Source of the DNA: Eledone cirrhosa
Taxonomy: Eukaryota
Length of the DNA stretch: 64,000 nt
NCBI GenBank assembly: GCA_964016885.1
Contig: OZ024760.1
Span: forward strand, 30,256,001 to 30,320,000
Reading direction: 5' to 3'
The translations under genes and the position numbers were made by a program. Below, in pieces: positions 12,791 to 28,000 of the stretch; positions within the stretch are counted from its first letter, which is position 1, and each line of letters opens with the position of its first letter. Below the pieces are notes generated by a model. That model saw only the letters and a program-made list of their open reading frames with translations, had not been told where the DNA came from and ran no database searches.

Positions 12791-15700
12791 TAATGTAATG
12801 TGTAATGTAATGAAATTTGTAATGTAATGTTTAATGTAATGTAATGTAATGTAATGTAATGTAATGTAATGTAATGTAATGTAATGTAATGTAATGTTAT
12901 GTTTAATGTAATGTAATGTAATATAATTTAATTTTTAATGTAATGTAATGTAATGTAATGTAATGTAATGTAATGTAATGTAATGTAATGTAATGTGTAA
13001 TGTAATGTAATGTAATGTAATGTAACGTAATGTTTAATGTAAAGTAATGTAATGTAATGAAATGTAATGTAATGTGTAATGTAATGTAACGTAGTGTAAT
13101 GTAATATAATGTGTAATGTAATGTAATGTAATGTAATGTAATGTAATGTAATGTAATGAGTAAATGTGTAATGTAATGTAATGTAATGTGTAATGTAATG
13201 TAATGAAATATGTAATGTAATGTAATGTAATGTGTAATGTAATGTAATGTAATGTAATGTAATGTATAACGTAATGTAATGTAATGTAATGTAATGTAAT
13301 GTGTAATGTAATGTAATGTGTAATGTAATGTAATGTATTGTAATGTGTAATGTAATGTAATGTAAGGTAATGTAATGTAATGTAATGTAATGTAATGTAA
13401 TGTAATGTAATGTAATGTAATGTAATGTAATGTAATGTAATGTAATGTAATGTAATGTAATGTGTAATGTAATGTAATGTAATGCAATGCAATGCAATGC
13501 AAGCCAATGCAATGCAATGCAATGCAATGTAATGTAATGTAATGTAATGTAATGTAATGTAATGTGTAATGTAATTTAATGTAATTTAATATAATGTAAT
13601 GTGTAATGTAATGTAATGTAATATGGAATGTAATCTAATGTAATGTAATGTGTAATGTAATGTAATGTAATGTGTAACGTAATGTAATGTAAAGTAATGT
13701 AATGTAATGTAATGTGTAATGTTATGTAATGTAATGTTATGTAATGTATTGTAATGTAATGTGTAATGTAATGTGTAATGTAACGTAATGTGTAATGTAA
13801 TGTAATGTAATGTTATGTAATGTAATGTGTAACATAATGTGTAATGTAATGTAATGTTATGTAATGTAATGTGTAATGTAACGTAATGTGTAATCTAATG
13901 TAATGTAATGTAATGTAATGTAATGTAATGTAATGTAATGTAATGTGTAATGTAATGTAATGTGTAATGTAATGTAATATAATGTAATGTAATGTAATGT
14001 AATGTAATGTAATGTAATGTGTAATGTAATGTAATGTAATGTAATGTAATGTAATGTAATGTGTAATGTAATGTAATGTGTAATCTAATGTAATGTAATG
14101 TTATGTAATGTAAGGTGTAATGTAATGTGTAATGTAACGTAATGTGTAACGTAATGTAATGCAATGGAATGTAATGTAATGTAATGTAATGTTATGTAGT
14201 GTAATGTGTAATGTAACGTAATGTGTAATGTAATGTGTAATGTAATGTTATGTAATGTAATGTGTAATGTAACGTAATGTGTAATCTAATGTAATGTAAT
14301 GTAATGTAATGTAATGTAATGAAATGTAATGTAATGTAATGTGTAATGTAATGTAATGTAATGTAATATGTAATGTAATGTAATGTAATTTAATGTAATG
14401 TCTAATGTAATGTAATGTAATGTATTGTAATGTAATGTAATGTAATGTGTATCGTGTAATGTGAATTGTGTAATGTAATGTAATGTAATGTAATGTAATG
14501 TAATGTAATGTAATGTAATGTAATGTAATGTGTAATGTAATGTAATGTAATGTAATGTAATGTGTAATGTAATGTAATGTAATGTAATGTGTAATGTAAT
14601 GTAATGTAATGTAATGTAATGTAATGTAAAGTAATGTAATGTAACGTAATGTAATGTAATGTGTATCGTGTAATGTGAATTGTGTAATGTAATGTAATGT
14701 AATGTAATGTAATGTAATGTAATGTGTAATGTAATGTAATGTAATGTAATGTAATGTAATGTAATGTGTAATGTAATGTAATGTAATGTAATGTAATGCA
14801 ATGTAATGTAATGTAATGTAAAGTAATGTAATGTAACGTAATGTAATATAATGTAATGTAATGTATAATGTAATGTAATGTAATGTGTAATGTAATGTAA
14901 TGTAATGTAATGTAATGTGTAATGTAATGTAATGTAATGTAATGTAATGTAATGTAATGTAATGTAATGTGTAATGTAATGTAATGTAATATAACGTGTA
15001 ATGTAACGTAATGTAATGAAATGTAACATAATGTAATGTAATGAAATATAATTTAATGTAACGTAATGTAATGTAATGTAATTTAATGTAATGTAATGTA
15101 ATGTAATGTAATATAATGTGTAATGTAATGTAATGTAATGTAATGTAATGTAATGTAATGTAATGTGTAACGTAATGTAATGTAATGTAATGAAATGTAA
15201 TGTAATGTAATGTAATGTAATGTAATGTAATGTAATGTAATGTAATGTGTAATGTAATGTAATGTAATGTAATATAAAGTAATGTAATGTAATGTAATGT
15301 AATGTGTAATGTGTAATATAATGTAATGTAATGTAATGTAATGTAATGTAATGAAATGAAATGTAATGTAATGTAATGTAATGTAATGTAATGTAATGTA
15401 ATGTAATGTAATGTAATGTAATGTAATGTAATGTAATGTAATGTAATGTAATGTAATGTAATGTAATGAAATGTAATGTAATGTAATGTAATGTAATGTA
15501 ATGTAATGTAATGTAATGTAATGTGTAATGTAATGTAATGTAATCTAATATAATGTAATGTAACGTAATGTAATGTAATGTAATGTAATGTAATGTAATG
15601 TGTAATGTAATGTAATGTAATATGTAATGTAATGTAATGTAATGTAATGTGTAATGTAATGTAATGTAATGTAATATGTAATGTAATGTAAAGTAATTTA

Positions 15701-16049
15701 ATGTAATGTCTAATGTAATGTAATGTAATGTATTGTAATGTAATGTAATGTAATGTGTATCGTGTAATGTGAATTGTGTAATGTAATGCAATGTAATGTA
15801 ATGTAATGTAATGTAATGTAATGTGTAAAGTAATGTAATGTAATGTAATGTAATGTAATGTAATGTGTAATGTAATGTACTGTAATGTAATGTAATGTAA
15901 TGTAATGTAATGTAATGTAATGTAATGTAATGTAATGTGTAATGTAATGTAATGTAATATAATGTAATGTGTAATGTAATGTAATGTAATGTAATGTAAT
16001 GTAATATATAATGTAATGTAATGTAATGTAATGTAATGTAATGTAATGT

Positions 16050-19000
16050 AATGTAATGTGTAATGTAATGTAATGTAATGTGTAACGTAACGTAATGTGT
16101 AATGTAAAGTAATGTAATGTAATGTAATGTGTAATGTAATATGTAATGTAATGTAATGTAATGTAATGTTATGTAATGTAATGTGTAATGTAACGTAACG
16201 TGTAATCTAATGTAATGTAATGTAATGTAATGTAATGTAATGTGTAATGTAACGTAATGTGTAATGTAATGTAATGTAATGTAATGTGTAATGTAATGTA
16301 ATGTGTAATGTAAAGTAATGTAATGTAATGTAATGTGTAATGTAATGTAATGTAATGTAATGTAATGTAATGTGTAATGTAATGTAATGTAATGTAATGT
16401 AATGTAATGTAATGTAATGTGTAATGTAACGTAATGTGTAATGTAATGTAATGTAATGTAATGTAATGTAATGTAATGTAATGTAATGTGTAATATAATG
16501 TAATGTAATGTGTAATGTAATGTAATGTAATGTAATGTAACGTGTAATGTAATGTAATGTGTAATGTAATGAAATGTAATGTAATGTAATGTAATGTAAT
16601 GTAATGTGTAATGTAATGTGTAATGTAATGTAATGTAATGAAATGTAATGTAATGTGTAATGTAATGTAATGTAATGTGTAATGTAATGTAATGTAATGT
16701 AATGTAATGTAATGTAGTATGTAATGTGATGTAATGTAATGTAATGTAATGTAATGTAATGAAATGAAATGAAATGTAATGTAATGTAATGTAATGTAAT
16801 GTAATGTAATGTAATGTAATGTAATGTAATGTAATGTAATGTAATGTGTAATGTAACGTAATGTAATCTAATATAATGTAACGTAATGTAATGTAATGTA
16901 ATGTAACGTAATGTAATGTAATGTAATGTAATGTGTAATGTAATGTTATGTAATGTAATATGTAATGTAATGTAATGTAATGTAATGTAATGTAATGTAA
17001 CGTAATGTAATGTAATGTAAAGTAATGTAATGTAACGTAAAGTAATGTAATGTAATGTATAATGTAATGTAATGTAATGTAATGTGTAATGTAATGTAAT
17101 GTAATGTAATGAAATGTAACGTAATGTAATGTAATATAATTTAATGTAACGTAATGTCATGTAATGTAATGTAATGTAATGTAATGTAATGTAATGTGTA
17201 ACGTAATGTAATGTAATGTAATGTAATGTGTAATGTAATGTAATGTAGTGTAATGCAATGTGTAATGTAATGTAATGTAATGTAATTTAATGTAATGTAA
17301 TGTAATGTAATGTAATGTAATGTAATGTAATGTAATGTAATGTAATGTGTAATGAAATGTAATGTAATGTAATGTAATGTAATGTAATGTAATGTAATGT
17401 GTAATGTAATGTAATGTAATGTAATGTGTAATGTAATGTAATGTAATGCAATGTAATGTAATGTAATGTGTAATGTAATGTAATGTAATGTAATGTAACG
17501 TAATGTAATGTAATGTAATGTGTAATGTAATGAAATTTGTAATGTAATGTTTAATGTAATGTAATGTAATGTAATGTAATGTAATGTAATGTAATGTAAT
17601 GTAATGTAATGTTATGTTTAATGTAATGTAATGTAATATAATTTAATTTTTAATGTAATGTAATGTAATGTAATGTAATGTAATGTAATGTAATGTAATG
17701 TAATGTAATGTGTAATGTAATGTAATGTAATGTAATGTAACGTAATGTTTAATGTAAAGTAATGTAATGTAATGAAATGTAATGTAATGTGTAATGTAAT
17801 GTAACGTAGTGTAATGTAATATAATGTGTAATGTAATGTAATGTAATGTAATGTAATGTAATGTAATGAGTAAATGTGTAATGTAATGTAATGTAATGTG
17901 TAATGTAATGTAATGAAATATGTAATGTAATGTAATGTAATGTGTAATGTAATGTAATGTAATGTAATGTAATGTATAACGTAATGTAATGTAATGTAAT
18001 GTAATGTAATGTGTAATGTAATGTAATGTGTAATGTAATGTAATGTATTGTAATGTGTAATGTAATGTAATGTAAGGTAATGTAATGTAATGTAATGTAA
18101 TGTAATGTAATGTAATGTAATGTAATGTAATGTAATGTAATGTAATGTAATGTGTAATGTAATGTAATGTAATGCAATGCAATGCAATGCAAGCCAATGC
18201 AATGCAATGCAATGCAATGTAATGTAATGTAATGTAATGTAATGTAATGTAATGTGTAATGTAATTTAATGTAATGTAATATAATGTAATGTGTAATGTA
18301 ATGTAATGTAATATGGAATGTAATCTAATGTAATGTAATGTGTAATGTAATGTAATGTAATGTAATGTAATGTGTAACGTAATGTAATGTAAAGTAATGT
18401 AATGTAATGTAATGTAATGTAATGTAATGTGTAATGTTATGTAATGTAATGTTATGTAATGTATTGTAATGTAATGTGTAATGTAATGTGTAATGTAACG
18501 TAATGTGTAATGTAATGTAATGTAATGTAATGTTATGTAATGTAATGTGTAACATAATGTGTAATGTAATGTAATGTTATGTAATGTAATGTGTAATGTA
18601 ACGTAATGTGTAATCTAATGTAATGTAATGTAATGTAATGTAATGTAATGTAATGTAATGTAATGTGTAATGTAATGTAATGTGTAATGTAATGTAATAT
18701 AATGTAATGTAATGTAATGTAATGTAATGTAATGTAATGTAATGTAATGTGTAATGTAATGTAATGTAATGTAATGTAATGTAATGTAATGTGTAATGTA
18801 ATGTAATGTGTAATCTAATGTAATGTAATGTTATGTAATGTAAGGTGTAATGTAATGTGTAATGTAACGTAATGTGTAACGTAATGTAATGCAATGGAAT
18901 GTAATGTAATGTAATGTAATGTTATGTAATGTAATGTGTAATGTAACGTAATGTGTAATGTAATGTGTAATGTAATGTTATGTAATGTAATGTGTAATGT

Positions 19001-22000
19001 AACGTAATGTGTAATCTAATGTAATGTAATGTAATGTAATGTAATGTGTAATGTAATGTAATGTAATGTAATGTGTAATGTAATGTAATGTAACGTAATG
19101 TGTAATGTAATGTAATGTAATGTGTAATGTGTAACGTGTAATGTAATTTAATGTAATGTAATGTAATCTAAAGTAATGTAATATGTAATGTAATGTAATG
19201 TAATGTAATATGTAATGTAATGTAATGTAATATAATGTAATGTAATGTAATGTAATGTAATGTAATGTGTAATGTAATGTAATGTAATGTAATGGAATGT
19301 AATGTGTAATGTAATGTAATGTAATGTAATGTAATGTAATGTAATGTGTAATGTAATGTAATGTAATGTAATGAAATGTAATGTAATGTAATGTAATGTA
19401 ATGTAATGTAATGTAATGTAACGTGTAATGTAATGTAATGTAATGTAATATAATGTAATGTAATGTAATGTAATGTAATGTGTAATGTGTAATGTAATGT
19501 AATGTAATGTAATGTAATGTAATGTAATGTAATGTGTAATGTAATGTAATGTAATGTAACGTAATGTAATGTGTAATGTAATGTAATGTGTAATGTAATG
19601 CAATGTAATGTAATGTAATATAATGCAATGTAATATGTAACGTAATTTAATGTAATGTAATGTAAAGTAATGTAATGTGTAATGTAATGTAATGTAATTT
19701 AATGTAATGTCTAATGTAATGTGTAATGTAATGTAATGTAATGTAATGTAATGTAATGTAATGTAATGTAATGTAATGTAATGTAATGTGTAATGTAATG
19801 TAATGTAATGAAATGTAATGTAATGTAGTGTAATGTAATGTAATGTAATGTGTAATGTAATGTAATGTAATGTAATATAATGTAATGTAATGAAATGTAA
19901 TGTAATGTGTAATGTGTAATATAATGTAATGTAATGTAATGTAATGTAATGTAATGAAATGTAATGTAATGTAATGTAATGTAATGTAATGTAATGTAAT
20001 GTAATGTAATGTAATGTAATGTAATGTAATGTAATGTAATGTAATGTAATGTAATGTAATGTAATGTAATGTAATGTAATGTAATGTAATGTAATGTAAT
20101 TTAATGTAATGTCTAATGTAATATAATGTAATGTAATGTAATGTAATGTACTGTAATGTGCAATGAAATGTAATATAATGTGTAATGTAATGTAATGTAA
20201 TGTAATGTAATGTAATGTAATGTACTGTAATGTAATGTAATGTGTAATGTAATGTAATGTTCAATGTAATGTAATGTAATGTAATGTAATGTAATGTAAT
20301 GTATTGTAATTTAATGTAATGTAATGTAATGTAATGTAATGTGTATCGTGTAATGTGAATTGTGTAATGTAATGTAATATAATGTGTATCGTGTAATGTG
20401 AATTGTGTAATGTAATGTAATGTAATGGAATGTAATGTAATGTAATGTAACGTGTAATGTAATGTAATGTAATGTAATGTGTAATGTAATGTAATGTAAT
20501 GTAATGTAATGTAATGTAATGTAATGTAATGTAATGTAATGTAATGTAATGTAAATTAATGTAATGTAATGTAACGTAATGTAATGTAATGTAATGTATA
20601 ATGTAATGTAATGTAATGTAATGTAATGTAATGTAATGTAATGTAATGTAATGTAATGTGTAATGTAATGTATTGTAATGTAATGTGTAATGTAATGTAT
20701 TGTAATGTGTAATGTAATGTAATGTAATGAAATGTAATGTATTGTAATGTAATGTAATGTAATTTAATGTAACGTAATGTAATGTAATGTAATGTAAAGT
20801 AATGTAATGTAATGTAATGTAATGTTATGTAATGTGTAATGTAATGTAATGTAATGTAAAGTAATGTAATGTAATGTAATGTGTAACGTAATGTAATGTA
20901 ATGTAATGTAATGTGTAATGTAATGTAATGTGTAATGTAATGTAATGTAATGTGTAATGTAATGTAATGTAATGTAATGTAATGTAATGTAATGTAATAT
21001 AATGTAATGTAATGTAATGTAATGTAATGTGTAATGTTATGTAATATAATGTTATGTAATGTATTTTAATGTAATGTGTAATGTAATGTGTAATGTAACG
21101 TAATGTGTAATGTAATGTAATGTAATGTAATGTTATGTAATGTAATGTGTAACGTAATGTGTAATGTAATGTAATGTAATGTAATGTAATGTAATGTAAT
21201 GTAATGTAATGTAATGTAATGTTATGTAATGTAATGTGTAATGTAACATAATGTGTAATGTAATGTAATGTAATGTAATGTAATGTAATGTAATGTGTAA
21301 TGTAACGTAATGTGTAATGTAATGTAATGTAATGTAATGTGTAATGTAATGTAATGTAATGTAATGTAATGTAATGTAATGTAATGTGTAATGTAATGTT
21401 ATGTAATGTAATGTGAAATGTAATGTAATGTGTAATGTAATGTAATATAATGTAATGTAATGTAATGTAATGTGTAATGTAATGTAATGTAATGTAATGT
21501 AATGTAATGTAATGTAATGTAACGTGTAATGTAATGTAATGTGTAATGTAATGTAATGTAATGTAATGTGTAATGTAATGTAATGTTATGTAATGTAAGG
21601 TGTAATGTAATGTGTAATGTAACGTAATGTGTAATGTAATGTAATGTACTGTAATGTAATGTAATGTAATGTTATGTAATGTAATGTGTAATGTAACGTA
21701 ATGTGTAATGTAATGTGTAATGTAATGTAATGTAATGTTATGTAATGTAATGTGTAATGTAACGTAATGTGTAATCTAATGTAATGTAATGTAATGTAAT
21801 GTAATGTGTAATGTAATGTAATGTAATGTGTAATGTAATGTAATGTAACGCAATGTGTAATGTAATGTAATGTAATGTGTAATGTGTAATGTGTAATGTC
21901 ATTTAATGTAATGTAATGTAATCTAAAGTAATGTAATATGTAATGTAATGTAATGTAATATGTAATGTAATGTAATGTAATGTAATTTAATGTAATGTAA

Positions 22001-25000
22001 TGTAATGTAATTTAATGTAATGTAATGTAATGTAATGTAATGTAATGTAATGCAATGTAAGGTAATGTAATGTAATGTAATGTAATGTGTAAAGTAATGT
22101 AATGTAATGTAATGTAATGTGTAATGTAATGTACTGTAATGTAATGTAATGTAAAGTAATGTAATGTAATGTGTAATGTAATGTAATGTATTGTAATATA
22201 ATGTAATGTGTAATGTAATGTAATGTAATGTAATGTAATGTAATATATAATGTAATGTAATGTAATGTAATGTAATGTAATGTAATGTGTAATGTAATGT
22301 AATGTAATGTGTAACGTAACGTAATGTGTAATGTAAAGTAATGTAATGTAATGTAATGTTATGTAATGTAATGTGTAATGTAACGTAACGTGTAATCTAA
22401 TGTAATGTAATGTAATGTAATGTGTAATGTAACGTAATGTGTAATGTAATGTAATGTAATGTAATGTGTAATGTAATGTAATGTAATGTAATGTAATGTG
22501 TAATGTAATGTAATGTAATGTAATGTAATGTGTAATGTAACGTAATGTGTAATGTAATGTAATGTAATGTAATGAAATGTGTAATGTAATGTAATGTAAT
22601 GTGTAATGTAATGTAATGTAATGTAATGAAATGTGTAATGTAATGTAATGTAATGTGTAATGTAATGTAATGTAATGTAATGTAATGTAATGTGTAATGT
22701 TATGTAATGTGTAATGTAATGTAATGTAAAGTAATGTAATGTAATGTAATGTGTAACGTAATGTAATGTAATGTAATGTAATGTGTAATATAATGTAATG
22801 TAATGTAATGTAATGTAATGTAATGTAATGTAATGTAATGTAATGTAATGTAATGTAATGTAAAGTAATGTAATGTAATGTAATGTGTAATGTTATGTAA
22901 TGTAATGTTATGTAATGTATTGTAATGTAATGTGTAATGTAATGTTTAATGTAACGTAATGTGTAATGTAATGTAATGTAATGTAGTGTAATGTTATGTA
23001 ATGTAATGTGTAACATAATGTGTAATGTAATGTAATGTTATGTAATGTAATGTGTAATGTAACGTAATGTGTAATCTAATGTAATGTAATGTAATGTAAT
23101 GTAATGTAATGTAATGTAATGTAATGTAATGTAATGTAATGTAATGTGTAATGTAATGTAATGTAATGTAATGTGTAATGTAATGTAATATAATGTAATG
23201 TAATGTAATGTAATGTAATGTGTAATGTAATGTAATGTAATGTAATGTAATGTGTAATGTAATGTAATGTGTAATCTAATGTAATGTAATGTAATGTGTA
23301 ATGTAATGTAATGTTATGTAATGTAAGGTGTAATGTAATGTGTAATGTAACGTAATGTGTAACGTAATGTAATGTAATGTAATGTAATGTAATGTAATGT
23401 AATGTAATGTGTAATGTAATGTAATGTAATGTGTAACGTAACGTAATGTGTAATGTAAAGTAATGTAATGTAATGTAATGTGTAATGTAATATGTAATGT
23501 AATGTAATGTAATGTAATGTTATGTAATGTAATGTGTAATGTAACGTAACGTGTAATCTAATGTAATGTAATGTAATGTAATGTAATGTGTAATGTAACG
23601 TAATGTGTAATGTAATGTAATGTAATGTAATGTGTAATGTAATGTAATGTGTAATGTAAAGTAATGTAATGTAATGTAATGTGTAATGTAATGTAATGTA
23701 ATGTAATGTAATGTAATGTGTAATGTAATGTAATGTAATGTAATGTAATGTAATGTAATGTAATGTGTAATGTAACGTAATGTGTAATGTAATGTAATGT
23801 AATGTAATGTAATGTAATGTAATGTAATGTAATGTGTAATATAATGTAATGTAATGTGTAATGTAATGTAATGTAATGTAATGTAACGTGTAATGTAATG
23901 TAATGTGTAATGTAATGAAATGTAATGTAATGTAATGTAATGTAATGTAATGTGTAATGTAATGTGTAATGTAATGTAATGTAATGAAATGTAATGTAAT
24001 GTGTAATGTAATGTAATGTAATGTGTAATGTAATGTAATGTAATGTAATGTAATGTAATGTAATGTAATGTAGTATGTAATGTGATGTAATGTAATGTAA
24101 TGTAATGTAATGTAATGTAATGAAATGAAATGAAATGTAATGTAATGTAATGTAATGTAATGTAATGTAATGTAATGTAATGTAATGTAATGTAATGTGT
24201 AATGTAACGTAATGTAATCTAATATAATGTAACGTAATGTAATGTAATGTAATGTAACGTAATGTAATGTAATGTAATGTAATGTGTAATGTAATGTTAT
24301 GTAATGTAATATGTAATGTAATGTAATGTAACGTAATGTAATGTAATGTAACGTAATGTAATGTAATGTAAAGTAATGTAATGTAACGTAAAGTAATGTA
24401 ATGTAATGTATAATGTAATGTAATGTAATGTAATGTGTAATGTAATGTAATGTAATGTAATGAAATGTAACGTAATGTAATGTAATATAATTTAATGTAA
24501 CGTAATGTCATGTAATGTAATGTAATGTAATGTAATGTAATGTAATGTGTAACGTAATGTAATGTAATGTAATGTAATGTGTAATGTAATGTAATGTAGT
24601 GTAATGCAATGTGTAATGTAATGTAATGTAATGTAATTTAATGTAATGTAATGTAATGTAATGTAATGTAATGTAATGTAATGTAATGTAATGTAATGTG
24701 TAATGAAATGTAATGTAATGTAATGTAATGTAATGTAATGTAATGTAATGTAATGTGTAATGTAATGTAATGTAATGTAATGTGTAATGTAATGTAATGT
24801 AATGCAATGTAATGTAATGTAATGTGTAATGTAATGTAATGTAATGTAATGTAACGTAATGTAATGTAATGTAATGTGTAATGTAATGAAATTTGTAATG
24901 TAATGTTTAATGTAATGTAATGTAATGTAATGTAATGTAATGTAATGTAATGTAATGTAATGTAATGTTATGTTTAATGTAATGTAATGTAATATAATTT

Positions 25001-28000
25001 AATTTTTAATGTAATGTAATGTAATGTAATGTAATGTAATGTAATGTAATGTAATGTAATGTAATGTGTAATGTAATGTAATGTAATGTAATGTAACGTA
25101 ATGTTTAATGTAAAGTAATGTAATGTAATGAAATGTAATGTAATGTGTAATGTAATGTAACGTAGTGTAATGTAATATAATGTGTAATGTAATGTAATGT
25201 AATGTAATGTAATGTAATGTAATGTAATGAGTAAATGTGTAATGTAATGTAATGTAATGTGTAATGTAATGTAATGAAATATGTAATGTAATGTAATGTA
25301 ATGTGTAATGTAATGTAATGTAATGTAATGTAATGTAATGTATAACGTAATGTAATGTAATGTAATGTAATGTGTAATGTAATGTAATGTGTAATGTAAT
25401 GTAATGTATTGTAATGTGTAATGTAATGTAATGTAAGGTAATGTAATGTAATGTAATGTAATGTAATGTAATGTAATGTAATGTAATGTAATGTAATGTA
25501 ATGTAATGTAATGTAATGTAATGTAATGTAATGTAATGTAATGTGTAATGTAATGTAATGTAATGCAATGCAATGCAATGCAAGCCAATGCAATGCAATG
25601 CAATGCAATGTAATGTAATGTAATGTATTGTAATGTAATGTGTAATGTAATTTAATGTAATGTAATATAATGTAATGTGTAATGTAATGTAATGTAATAT
25701 GGAATGTAATCTAATGTAATGTAATGTGTAATGTAATGTAATGTAATGTAATGTAATGTGTAACGTAATGTAATGTAAAGTAATGTAATGTAATGTAATG
25801 TAATGTAATGTAATGTAATGTGTAATGTTATGTAATGTAATGTTATGTAATGTATTGTAATGTAATGTGTAATGTAATGTGTAATGTAACGTAATGTGTA
25901 ATGTAATGTAATGTAATGTAATGTTATGTAATGTAATGTGTAACATAATGTGTAATGTAATGTAATGTTATGTAATGTAATGTGTAATGTAACGTAATGT
26001 GTAATCTAATGTAATGTAATGTAATGTAATGTAATGTAATGTAATGTAATGTAATGTAATGTGTAATGTAATGTAATGTGTAATGTAATGTAATATAATG
26101 TAATGTAATGTAATGTAATGTAATGTAATGTAATGTAATGTGTAATGTAATGTAATGTAATGTAATGTAATGTAATGTAATGTGTAATGTAATGTAATGT
26201 GTAATCTAATGTAATGTAATGTTATGTAATGTAAGGTGTAATGTAATGTGTAATGTAACGTAATGTGTAACGTAATGTAATGCAATGGAATGTAATGTAA
26301 TGTAATGTAATGTTATGTAATGTAATGTGTAATGTAACGTAATGTGTAATGTAATGTTATGTAATGTAATGTGTAATGTAACGTAATGTGTAATCTAATG
26401 TAATGTAATGTAATGTAATGTAATGTGTAATGTAATGTAATGTAATGTAATGTGTAATGTAATGTAATGTAACGTAATGTGTAATGTAATGTAATGTAAT
26501 GTGTAATGTGTAATGTGTAATGTAATTTAATGTAATGTAATGTAATCTAAAGTAATGTAATATGTAATGTAATGTAATGTAATGTAATATGTAATGTAAT
26601 GTAATGTAATATAATGTAATGTAATGTAATGTAATGTAATGTAATGTGTAATGTAATGTAATGTAATGTAATGGAATGTAATGTGTAATGTAATGTAATG
26701 TAATGTAATGTAATGTAATGTAATGTAATGTAATGTGTAATGTAATGTAATGTAATGTAATGAAATGTAATGTAATGTAATGTAATGTAATGTAATGTAA
26801 TGTAATGTGTAATGTAATGTAATGTAATGTAATATAATGTAATGTAATGTAATGTAATGTAATGTGTAATGTGTAATGTAATGTAATGTAATGTAATGTA
26901 ATGTAATGTAATGTAATGTGTAATGTAATGTAATGTAATGTAACGTAATGCAATGTGTAATGTAATGTAATGTGTAATGTAATGCAATGTAATGTAATAT
27001 AATATAATGCAATGTAATATGTAACGTAATTTAATGTAATGTAATGTAAAGTAATGTAATGTGTAATGTAATGTAATGTAATTTAATGTAATGTCTAATG
27101 TAATGTGTAATGTAATGTAATGTAATGTAATGTAATGTAGTGTAATGTAATGTAATGTAATGTAATGTAATGTAATGTAATGTGTAATGTAATGTAATGT
27201 AATGAAATGTAATGTAATGTAGTGTAATGTAATGTAATGTAATGTGTAATGTAATGTAATGTAATGTAATATAATGTAATGTAATGTAATGTAATGTAAT
27301 GTGTAATGTGTAATATAATGTAATGTAATGTAATGTAATGTAATGTAATGTAATGAAATGAAATGTAATGTAATGTAATGTAATGTAATGTAATGTAATG
27401 TAATGTAATGTAATGTAATGTAATGTAATGTAATGTAATGTAATGTAATGTAATGTAATGTAATGTAATGTAATGTAATGTAATGTAATGTAATGTAATT
27501 TAATGTAATGTCTAATGTAATATAATGTAATGTAATGTAATGTAATGTACTGTAATGTGCAATGAAATGTAATATAATGTGTAATGTAATGTAATGTAAT
27601 GTAATGTAATGTAATGTAATGTACTGTAATGTAATGTAATGTGTAATGTAATGTAATGTTCAATGTAATGTAATGTAATGTAATGTAATGTAATGTATTG
27701 TAATTTAATGTAATGTAATGTAATGTAATGTAATGTGTATCGTGTAATGTGAATTGTGTAATGTAATGTAATATAATGTGTATCGTGTAATGTGAATTGT
27801 GTAATGTAATGTAATGTAATGGAATGTAATGTAATGTAATGTAACGTGTAATGTAATGTAATGTAATGTAATGTGTAATGTAATGTAATGTAATGTAATG
27901 TAATGTAATGTAATGTAATGTAATGTAATGTAATGTAATGTAATGTAATGTAAATTAATGTAATGTAACGTAATGTAATGTAATGTAATGTATAATGTAA

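Larger units (their letters stand above)
1..19030. repeat. Higher-order repeat domain 1: three copies of a ~5.82 kb unit (about 1-5820; 5820-14870 expanded; 14870-19030 contracted and truncated)
   Basis: Marker offsets: TAACATA 154/5968 (5814); GTATCGTG 876/6700 (5824) and 2078/7892 (5814); GTCAT 3478/9298 (5820). The AAGCC marker is at 4534, 13501 and 18191. Identical ORFs 3475..3774/12432..12731 and 4938..5207/13895..14164 are offset by 8957 (= 5820 + 3137). Confidence 0.9.
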
